IMG/VR virus record: IMGVR_UViG_3300021399_000115
Location: 32,001-96,000 of that record
Length of the DNA stretch: 64,000 bases
Reading direction: 5' to 3' (one strand)
DNA from: a virus
Taxonomy: Duplodnaviria > Caudoviricetes
Of the stretch, positions 55,765 to 64,000 are shown in pieces. The notes beneath the pieces were generated by a model. It was not told the origin of the DNA. It worked only from the letters and a program-made list of their open reading frames with translations, and made no database searches. Within the stretch, counting starts at the first letter, position 1, and every line of letters begins with the position of its first letter. The position numbers were made by a program, and so were the translations under genes.

Positions 55765-55810
55765 GGTTGGCTCCTTTCTCCCACACTATCGCAGTGGGCG
55801 CATCATTTGT

Positions 55811-56167
55811 TTATCTGTAATACCGGGAATCTATCCTATCATACAGAACAGTCCCGTCCGGGTTAATGTAGGTTTCTCGAACGAGTTCCCCACATGTTTC
55901 CCAGGAGTCCCCGTACTCTTTTATTAACTTCCCGAGGTTATCCCCAAGATAATTAGTCTCTTTCATTTTCCACCCGCTCATAAACTCTTCGTAGACAGAA
56001 AGATCACCGTCCTCAAAGAGTTCGTGGTCGTAATCATCTGACCGAATATAATCTATCCCCACTTTGTTCCTTTCCGGGCGATAGTAGGCATATCTTTCGA
56101 CAAGTTCTTTCCCGTCGTAGAAAGACTCTACACGAACATTATTCTTTTCCTCAATGATTTTTTTCAT
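55811..56167 (-). CDS. acidic hypothetical protein
   Basis: AAGGAG RBS. Confidence 0.6.
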   Translation of the reverse strand: MKKIIEEKNNVRVESFYDGKELVERYAYYRPERNKVGIDYIRSDDYDHELFEDGDLSVYEEFMSGWKMKETNYLGDNLGKLIKEYGDSWETCGELVRETYINPDGTVLYDRIDSRYYR

Positions 56168-56416
56168 TATTACTCCTTCTCCCCGTCAAGCCGATAGGAC
56201 AGCGTTATCTTTAATAGTTCATCTATGAGGACAAGACACGCTTCTCCTCATAGTCAACCATTAAACTACTCGACCCAGTAACCGCGATCGCGGTACGAGT
56301 TCGCCTGGGATTCTGTGAGTCGCATAACATGGAACTCACAAGTAAGTTTATTAGTTACTGTGAACCAGAATTTTGGCTCATGGCGTCGGAAAATACTCAT
56401 ACCATCACCCCCCCCC

Positions 56417-56599
56417 TCAATCTTCCGGTTCGTTGGAGTCGTAATAGATGATGTCGCCGCGCTCTGCATACCCGTTGTTAGTAATATCGCGGACTATTGA
56501 TCTGATATGTTCCGGGTATTCCGGTGTGTCTCCCCAAACGGCCACCCGTTCGGAATACGTGTTTTTAGTTTTGTCCCATTCATCAATCATAATATACAT
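56417..56599 (-). CDS. small hypothetical protein
   Basis: GAGGAGG RBS. Confidence 0.55.
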   Translation of the reverse strand: MYIMIDEWDKTKNTYSERVAVWGDTPEYPEHIRSIVRDITNNGYAERGDIIYYDSNEPED

Positions 56600-57233
56600 A
56601 GTTTTCCTCCTCGTAATTTAACCCCTCGCATAACCCCAACACACCCGGAATCTGCACGTAGCTAAACTCCAAGCGGTTACCACGGTATACGGACAGGGTA
56701 AGTCTGCATGTTACAGTTTTCAACATGGTTTTTTCAACAGCAAGGGGAGCATGAGAACGGATTCCCACACTCCCCGGTTTGGACGGAGTTAGTCAACCTT
56801 TATTCTCCACCGGAACTTCTCCCCATGAGGGTCGGGTTCTGCGGTGGACGGTTCGACCTTGACAAAGTACCACGTTTTGAGGACATGATTCTTGCCGATG
56901 GTGACATCTACCGTGAGCCGGTAGACTCCGTCCGTAAGCTGTTGAAGGGTGAGCATGATAAACACCTCCCCCTTGTGCGTGGATTCATAGCCGGATTGTA
57001 ACCGGTGGGGGATAAACCGTATCGGTTACGGACTATGCGCACATACCGATTGCCGAAGTGTTTCGGTAGCCGGTATCTGCGCATAGGCAGATAGGGACGG
57101 TTAGTCCGCGAGTTTATACTCCGCGTCATCATCCCGGGATATTTCCTCATACTTGGTCTCTTGGTTAAAGATCGGTTCAACATCCACGCCCGGGGATTGA
57201 ACCCGGCGCGAGTCCTACTGTGTGGAAGTGATA

Positions 57234-57392
57234 TTACCGTCCGTATGCCGGCATCTTAAGCCAGTCATACCGGGTTTTACGTGTGGTGGCAAAGTATGCC
57301 GTACACACAAAGTTATTTGCGGACTCCTTAGCAGCCTTCGCAGCCTCCTTCTTAGCCTTAAGAATCTTTGCTTCCATCGATCTGTTTGCCAT
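57234..57392 (-). CDS. small basic protein (52 aa)
   Basis: Manual: AGGAGG RBS, MANRSMEAKILKAKKEAAK... Confidence 0.55.
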   Translation of the reverse strand: MANRSMEAKILKAKKEAAKAAKESANNFVCTAYFATTRKTRYDWLKMPAYGR

Positions 57393-57496
57393 GATATTTT
57401 CCTCCTACTGGTTATTTGCAGAATCAGCCGGGACTATTCCCGTTGCCCGCCACCCGCGACGCGGACGCTTCTGCTATGAGTGGCATGAGGGGAGGC

Positions 57497-58156
57497 TTAC
57501 GCCGCCTCCACCTCTTTTTTCTCCTCGTACACATGGAGGGTCAGATAACCTTCCTCGTCTGCGTCAAAGCATCCCTTCTCGAATACAGCGTACTCGATGA
57601 ACGCCCGGATAACCATGTCCTTGAAGGTGTTCTTCGTCCAGTCGCCCAGCAGGTGTCCGGCTTCCGCAGACTTCCCGGTAGCCTTCTTTCCGCCAACTAA
57701 CCAGTCACTTATACCGTCACCGAGTTTCTCGATACCACGTTCTGTGCCACCAAGTCCAAGTTCCGCAAAGAACTCACTCAGTGCCACAATATAGGCGTCC
57801 CGGTCGGTCTTGCGGTTCTTGTAGCCCTCATAGAGGCTGTCCGGAACCAGTTTCGTAGCCTTCGCCTGAGCAAGACGGAGAGCCTTGCAACCCTCTTTGT
57901 AGTCATCCTCAGCCTCGGCAAGTAAGTTCTGTGCGTCCATGAGCGGATTGGCAGAAATCGCCTCATCCCAGTTCGAGCCGGCTTCAACCATTGCCTGCCG
58001 ACGGTTCTTGATTTTGGTTACTTCCTCTTCGCAGAGTGCGACAGCCTTCTTCAGGGTAGCTCTGGTGGTCTTTCCGGTGCGGATTGCATGATAGTAACTG
58101 CTCATTGCCTGAAGTGCTTCCTCTGTGATGTTCTGAATGTTAATATTTTTTGCCAT
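57497..58156 (-). CDS. helical hypothetical protein, first gene of leftward early operon
   Basis: 219 aa, strong AAGGAGG RBS. Confidence 0.75.
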   Translation of the reverse strand: MAKNINIQNITEEALQAMSSYYHAIRTGKTTRATLKKAVALCEEEVTKIKNRRQAMVEAGSNWDEAISANPLMDAQNLLAEAEDDYKEGCKALRLAQAKATKLVPDSLYEGYKNRKTDRDAYIVALSEFFAELGLGGTERGIEKLGDGISDWLVGGKKATGKSAEAGHLLGDWTKNTFKDMVIRAFIEYAVFEKGCFDADEEGYLTLHVYEEKKEVEAA

Positions 58157-59330
58157 GGTGTGTTCCTCCTTATATTTTTTCTTGGCAATCTCCGGGCGAG
58201 TCCCGGCACTTATTCAATTTCATCAGCTTTAAAGCTGGACACAATGTCTACCGGTCGGTAGGCACTCTGCCCAACCTTAAAATGGCCATGAATAAGGGTG
58301 GTATCCCACTAGCGACTCCACACCGCCCGAGGACAGTGTTTCTCAGTCTCCCACCTATTCTGTGCATATTCATAGCCCAGTCGGGTGGTTACGATTCCTC
58401 CGGGACTCCTTCCGGGTTTTCTCCTCTATCTGTGCGTCCACTTCAAAGCTACGCAGTTTTCACCTCCTCTCTATGGTGCGTAGCTTCCCAGTTTCTTCTT
58501 ACCGCCCGTAACGCTCGGTTGAACGTGTGAGCCATTATTGAGCATTGCCCACTTGTAGGCGGCGAGGGTATAGCTTGCCTTCAATATGATGACATAGTGA
58601 TCGCTCTATGGATAACCTATATCATGTTTCCGTCCGGAGTGCGGGATACGGACGGGGACCCACTGCCGGGTTACCGTTCCGACGCCGAGTTTCCCCGTCG
58701 CCTTTAGTAACCATTCTGTCCCGGTTCGCCTTGTATAACGCACATAGGCTAACTGCGATGCTGGCAAGGCATAATATGAGCCAAAAACCTCCTCTCATGA
58801 AACCATTAACAGTAACTTTGTATCACTAGTGGTTAGACTTGCGATACCAAACCGGCTTTTATACCGTAACCACTTGGGCTTGTTCCCTTGCGGTATGGTC
58901 ATATAATACACCAAAAAAGACCTAGGAAAATATTTTTTAATTATAGTTAAAATCTATTAATACCGGGGGTATTTCAGCAGAAAATGTAACAAATTTGTTC
59001 CCTGGCACCCTAGCAAGTTCACCCACAGACTACCTAAAAAATACGATAATCACCATATTCCAACCATTTATCGTCCATATTATCGAAATTTATTACATAC
59101 AATCGAATTCTATGATTTAACCAATACTCATTTTTCAAATACAATATTTGCTCTCTGCAATCCAATTATCCCAATGGTTTTAAGTAATAAAACAGCATTC
59201 CCAATAGCTACGATTATCCGCCTTAATTACATCCAAAATTTAGCCACTCCCCCAACCATTACAGCAAATAATATACTGATCTAATATTTCACCCCTACCA
59301 CCCCACAAAGGGCGCCAATACCATCCGTGG

Positions 59331-59531
59331 TGCGGATAAAGTCCGGTATGCGCCCGCTCACAACCTAATTGCGGATAACCAACCTAATATCTTCAATACC
59401 CAACTTCATTATACATAATCCCTAATTTACTATTACCTATTGCCGAGTCCTCGGTCGCTTACGCTCCTATTGCGGATCACAACCTCTACTTGCGACCGAA
59501 ACAAGTAAATTCCCGGAGCGGATAACCAACC
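59331..59531 (+). repeat. GCGGATAACCAACC-type short repeats in the strand-switch region
   Basis: exact copies at 59371 and 59518; variants at 59331 and 59471. Confidence 0.55.
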
Positions 59532-59861
59532 CCCACATACCTCCCCAGCAAAATCTCCGCAGCTAATCAACACCCACATCCATATTCCTCAGCTAATAAA
59601 CCCACGTACCTAATTACGTAAGAAAACCTAGTGGTTAGTCATAATCTTTATTGCGAGAAATCAAGATCCGTACTTTATTTAGAATTAATCTTTAAATATC
59701 AATAAAAAGATTATATTCGCAAGTTTGACTGCAGCGAAGCGTCGCAGACAATACTTGCAGCGAGGCCCAACCTAGAATAATAAACTTCATTAGAATCAGC
59801 CGAGCTAAGCGTATCTTCGATAGAATACATACTTTATCTTCTTACATTTAATAATTAACTA

Positions 59862-59890
59862 TTGACAGAACACAATACTTCCGGTATACT
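59862..59890 (+). promoter_or_regulatory. sigma-A type promoter
   Basis: TTGACA-17-TATACT with TTAATWATTAA box at 59848. Confidence 0.75.
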
Positions 59891-60114
59891 CCATTTAATA
59901 AATAATCATTTTACCAGTTATGGAATATCTCTATGCTGTTTTTTTTATTTATTGCTTTTTGACACCCCACTTATAAGGATTTGAATTTCAAACCCAGAAA
60001 AACACTGACTTTATGATTTCATTTATTGCTTTTGGGATATTCACACCTTTGGTGTTACTTTTAAACCAGATAAATACTGGTTCAAAATGCAATAATAAAA
60101 AATTACATGGGTAT

Positions 60115-60276
60115 AAAGGTGTTAAAATGGGTTTTTCGCATCATTTTTTTCCAGTGTTTTCCTACAAAAAAAATTCTGCCCCCTTAAAAGAAAAGGTATA
60201 AAAAAGGTGTTAAAATTAACTTTACCGTAGGTACAACCTACAAAATCATGAATTCTGCGCGAAAAGGTGTTAAAAT
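60115..60276 (+). repeat. three direct repeats AAAGGTGTTAAAAT (iteron-like)
   Basis: copies at 60115, 60203, 60263. Confidence 0.75.
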
Positions 60277-60291
60277 TATTAGGAGGAAATT

Positions 60292-61533
60292 ATGAAGTAT
60301 AATTGTGAAGTATTTGTTGTTGATGAGATAATGGGACGAGGTAAATCCTGGGCGGCAATAAACTATATTAATTCCCATGATGACGAAAGATACCTATATA
60401 TTACTCCATATCTCCAGGAAATTAACGAACGTATAATTCCGAGCTGCCGAGATAAAAATTTTGTAATGCCGGAGGATAAATACGGCACCAAGACCCGCCA
60501 CCTCAAAATGTTGATGAATCGCGGTAAAAATATTGCTTCCACTCACGCGTTGTTTAGTTTGTTTGATCAGGAGCTGATTGATATTTGCCGAAGCCAAAAC
60601 TATACATTAATTATGGACGAAGTAAGTAACGTAGTGGAAAAATATGATATAAAATCCGACGATGCCGCTACACTATTAGAAAAATATGTAGATGTAGATC
60701 CTACCACCAGACTTCTTAATTGGAAACCGTCCAAGAAAAATTATAACGGCGGAAAATTTTCCAAAGAAAAAAGGCTGTGTGATCTCGGCTGTCTGGCAAA
60801 ATATGATGATGAAATTGTTGTATGGCTATTCCCAATCCAGGCATTTAATGCGTTTAACAAAATATATATACTCACTTATATGTTTGAAGCGCAAATCCAA
60901 AAGTATTACTATGATTATTATGAGTTAGAATATTCCTATTTGTATGTAAATGGAGATGATGTAAGCAATTATAGATTTTCCGCTACTCCGGAAGATACAG
61001 TATTAACTACCGATTATAAATCACTCATCCATATATGTGATAACGCCAAGCTGAATGCAATCGGCAATCTAGACACTGATCTAAGCAAAAGTTGGTATAT
61101 GCGAAATTGCCAATCCGAGAATGTGGTTATAAAACGACTCAAGGACAATATGTTTAATTACTTCCATAATATTATGAAGTCGCCGACTTCTAATAATTTA
61201 TGGACTTGTTTCAAGGATTACAAAAAGTATATCTCCGGCAAAGGTTATGGGCGCGGATATATCCCAAGTAATCTAAGAGCTACAAATGATTACAGAGATC
61301 GTAACGTGATTGCTTATCCTATTAATAAGTATATTAATGTGTTTATTAAAAATTACTTCACTATGAACGGCGTTACTGTTGATGAAGACGGCTATGCACT
61401 TTCCGAAATGCTACAGTGGATTTGGAGATCGGCAATTCGAGACGGTAAAGAAATTTGGATTTATATTCCCAGTCGCCGAATGAGGGAACTGTTAATAGCC
61501 TGGATTGATGAAGTTAGCGCCATCGCTAACTAA
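60292..61533 (+). CDS. superfamily-2 helicase-like / putative replication initiator
   Basis: DEIMGRGKS Walker A, LIMDEV Walker B, QWIWRSAIR. Confidence 0.75.
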   Translation: MKYNCEVFVVDEIMGRGKSWAAINYINSHDDERYLYITPYLQEINERIIPSCRDKNFVMPEDKYGTKTRHLKMLMNRGKNIASTHALFSLFDQELIDICRSQNYTLIMDEVSNVVEKYDIKSDDAATLLEKYVDVDPTTRLLNWKPSKKNYNGGKFSKEKRLCDLGCLAKYDDEIVVWLFPIQAFNAFNKIYILTYMFEAQIQKYYYDYYELEYSYLYVNGDDVSNYRFSATPEDTVLTTDYKSLIHICDNAKLNAIGNLDTDLSKSWYMRNCQSENVVIKRLKDNMFNYFHNIMKSPTSNNLWTCFKDYKKYISGKGYGRGYIPSNLRATNDYRDRNVIAYPINKYINVFIKNYFTMNGVTVDEDGYALSEMLQWIWRSAIRDGKEIWIYIPSRRMRELLIAWIDEVSAIAN

Positions 61534-61719
61534 GTGGTGTTCCCTCACAGTAACACATGTGCTAAATTTGGAATTTTTTGGACATAACAATACAAACCGG
61601 GACCATGTGAATTTGTGCAGTTATTTTCACACTTGAGACAAATCGTTCCAAAATATCCACGATTTTTCACATTTTCACATCTGGCGGTTTATTATCTTAT
61701 ATTTATTTATTAAATCCGC

Positions 61720-61748
61720 TTGACATAAGTAAATCGCTATGCTATAGT
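61720..61748 (+). promoter_or_regulatory. sigma-A type promoter
   Basis: TTGACA-17-TATAGT with extended TG. Confidence 0.75.
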
Positions 61749-61891
61749 TAACCTATACTGAGACAACCAATTACCTAGGAGGTACCAACTATGAGAATTT
61801 TCCGCTATCAACTGCCGCCGCCGTATTAGTAGCAAATATAACCGACTAATTAATTATTAAATTCCGTATTATCATTAGGAAGGAATATATT

Positions 61892-62962
61892 ATGAGCGCC
61901 GAACTAATCCCCATTACTTTGCTCACACCACATCCACTAAACAGCTACTACTTTGATGATATCACCGGCGACAACTGGGAAGACTTTTTGCAATCTATAA
62001 AAACTTCCGGGATTACTAACGCAATAACTATAGATAATAACAATGTGATAATCTCTGGGCATCAACGTGTCCGGGCATGCGAAATTTTGGGAATTGCCTC
62101 CATTCCATATATTCGTATAACATATTCAGACGAAGAACTCGGGGGCGATTATCCAAAAGACGTAAAGGATTTGATCGAATCAAATCTCAAACAGCGAGTA
62201 TCAGGGAATAATAATCCTATTAAGTTAGGCAAGTGTTTGAAATTCCTTGAAGGATATTATGGAATTCACCATGGGAATAATCAGATATCGTGGACTTCTA
62301 ATAATTATAAGTCCTCAAAAACTCAAAAGGAACTTGCCGAAGAATATAATATGTCTATTCCTTCATATCATAATTATAAGAAACTCGCGGATGCCATCCC
62401 CGAAATTGAGGAACTTATTACTACCGGAGTTATAACCTCTACTACGGCTCTTGCGATTATGAGGCAGCTGCCACAGGATCAACAGAAAAAATTAGCTGGC
62501 GAACTTATTACGGACGGTACCTACATATCTCAAAGACAAGCCGAAGAAAAAATAAAAAAATTACAAGAAGAATCCAATTTAAAAAATTCTCAGATAAAAG
62601 AAATGGAATCTAAAATTGCGGCATTAGAATCTGTGAATTCTTATAATCAATCTAGTGCTTCATCTAATGAAATTGAATACCTTCGTAGCGAATTAGCTAC
62701 TTATAAAAAGGAAGTTGAAATTCTACGTAGTCGCAGTACATCTGCCGAGGGTCGCGATGCAAATGTAGCATACGCATTCTGGCAAGCAACCAAAACTTAT
62801 ATAGACACCGTTCTTGCGCCAATGCTATATGATGATTTGGTTATTAACAATCAAGACAACTTATGCGGTACCCATATAATCGACGCTTGCACTAAAGTTA
62901 TTTGCGCTGCGGAGGACGTTCTTAAGCGTTTTAAAGCACCTACTATAATTGATGTTGAGTAA
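61892..62962 (+). CDS. ParB/Srx N-terminal domain protein with HTH and coiled coil
   Basis: LTPHPLN, IISGHQRVRA, IESNL.QR, TQKELAE. Confidence 0.85.
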   Translation: MSAELIPITLLTPHPLNSYYFDDITGDNWEDFLQSIKTSGITNAITIDNNNVIISGHQRVRACEILGIASIPYIRITYSDEELGGDYPKDVKDLIESNLKQRVSGNNNPIKLGKCLKFLEGYYGIHHGNNQISWTSNNYKSSKTQKELAEEYNMSIPSYHNYKKLADAIPEIEELITTGVITSTTALAIMRQLPQDQQKKLAGELITDGTYISQRQAEEKIKKLQEESNLKNSQIKEMESKIAALESVNSYNQSSASSNEIEYLRSELATYKKEVEILRSRSTSAEGRDANVAYAFWQATKTYIDTVLAPMLYDDLVINNQDNLCGTHIIDACTKVICAAEDVLKRFKAPTIIDVE

Positions 62963-63009
62963 CTAACAACTATATGTAATTAATTATTTATTAAATTTGG
63001 AGGAATACT

Positions 63010-64000
63010 ATGAGCACAACTGAAAGCACCTTCACACCGGCGACTACTGCTACTTCTTCTCTTACTCATGATGAACTTGCTACATTCCGTGAGATTTTGG
63101 GAGTTCCGGAAAAGAATGCCGTTATTGAATCACTCACTCAGACAAAAGAAGCAATCAAATCTCTCAACTCAACAGTATCTGAATTAAAAAAATTTTCGGA
63201 GAATATACAGGACATGATGCTTGTTCTTGGACACCAGACTAATGCATTTAATAGAATTGCCGACGGGATAAGTACCTTTGCGAAATCAAATGCTGATATC
63301 GCTAAGTGCGTTCAGGATTTATGTTTTTCTCAGAAGCATCAGGAATTAGCGCTCAATAAGCTGGTTGAATCAAACAAAACCGCTTCAGACACTATCTCCA
63401 AGGCTATCTATGTAAATGCCGCCAAAACTGAGAAGGCATTCTCATCAGCTAATAAACCTACAGATGTTAATGGATTATTCTACTCCACCTTTGATGAGAA
63501 TGATAAAACTATGTGGATCAAAAGGATTGATGGGATTGCTTGCACAAAGTGTCTGGAAACCGGTTGCAAAACTACCGATGAATTCTATGAGATTCTTTAT
63601 TCTGACATGAAAAGGGTCGATCATTATGATGTGGGGGAGCTTCTCTCCCAGTATAAAAAGATTGATTCTACCGCAGATATTATCAAGATGTGTGCGAACT
63701 CTGACGCTCTTCGTCTTAGTGTGGAGAAACGTATCAATAATATTCACTATAAGAATTATGTTAAATCTGTAGAAGGTATTAAAGCGAAAGCGCCGAAAGT
63801 AAGCTATGCGGAATCACACAGATGCCCCGGCGACATTTCTGCGCTGATCAAAAAAATTACCGGTGCTTCTCGTCCGTCCGGAGTTCAGTACCGTAAAATT
63901 CTTCGCCAGATTTTGCAAGCTACCAATATGAGTGAGGCAGATATTGTTTCTCAGATTCATGATGAGTTCAACATTGATAGCTGCAACGTATGGTTCGCGG
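63010..64000 (+). CDS. coiled-coil hypothetical protein, 3'-partial
   Basis: GGAGG RBS, MSTTESTFTP...; appears open to the window end, so absent from the track. Confidence 0.7.
   Translation, partial: MSTTESTFTPATTATSSLTHDELATFREILGVPEKNAVIESLTQTKEAIKSLNSTVSELKKFSENIQDMMLVLGHQTNAFNRIADGISTFAKSNADIAKCVQDLCFSQKHQELALNKLVESNKTASDTISKAIYVNAAKTEKAFSSANKPTDVNGLFYSTFDENDKTMWIKRIDGIACTKCLETGCKTTDEFYEILYSDMKRVDHYDVGELLSQYKKIDSTADIIKMCANSDALRLSVEKRINNIHYKNYVKSVEGIKAKAPKVSYAESHRCPGDISALIKKITGASRPSGVQYRKILRQILQATNMSEADIVSQIHDEFNIDSCNVWFA

Noticed and set aside
191-58829. Plus-strand ORFs in the track across the leftward region (e.g. 40370-41101, 49106-49768, 31405-31887)
   Set aside because: Antisense shadows of minus-strand genes that have RBSs and motifs; no recognisable motifs of their own.
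1-64000. Genome-wide TAG reassignment (code 15)
   Set aside because: Long genes such as dnaE contain no internal TAG, some small genes appear to end in TAG (e.g. 45313, 55403, 56266), and no CTA tRNA was found. Kept only as local observations.
1-64000. CRISPR array or diversity-generating retroelement
   Set aside because: No regularly spaced 25-40 bp repeats, no reverse transcriptase, and no template/variable repeat pair seen. The Cas4-like nuclease sits in a replication context.

Overview
A 64-kb segment of a large temperate Firmicutes (probably Clostridia-type) phage or prophage with SPbeta-like organisation. Positions 1-58.9 kb are encoded almost entirely on the minus strand; the strand switches to plus after a ~2.1-kb non-coding region (58.2-60.3 kb). 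In transcription order: (1) an early array of about 50 small accessory genes (57-41 kb), where many gene junctions carry a 16-bp TCAAA-N6-TTTNA inverted-repeat site; (2) a tyrosine recombinase / DGQHR-like / MrpR(YopR)-like trio (38.5-35.3 kb); (3) an RNA island (33.9-30.1 kb) with tRNA-Leu(UAA) carrying a group I intron, tRNA-Ile2/Met(CAT), several aberrant tRNA-like RNAs, and two paralogous helical-protein genes each followed by a related structured non-coding RNA; (4) a replication module (Sak4-like ATPase, SSB, DnaB, primase, PD-(D/E)xK nuclease, DnaE, two free-standing homing endonucleases); (5) a PARP plus macrodomain pair; (6) a C5 DNA methyltransferase broken into catalytic pieces with a train of free-standing TRD-like mini-genes. 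The best candidates for undescribed biology are the protein + ncRNA pairs, the modular split methyltransferase, the cassette-like junction sites and the non-canonical tRNA-like RNAs. Family names come from motif recognition by eye; no database search was run.
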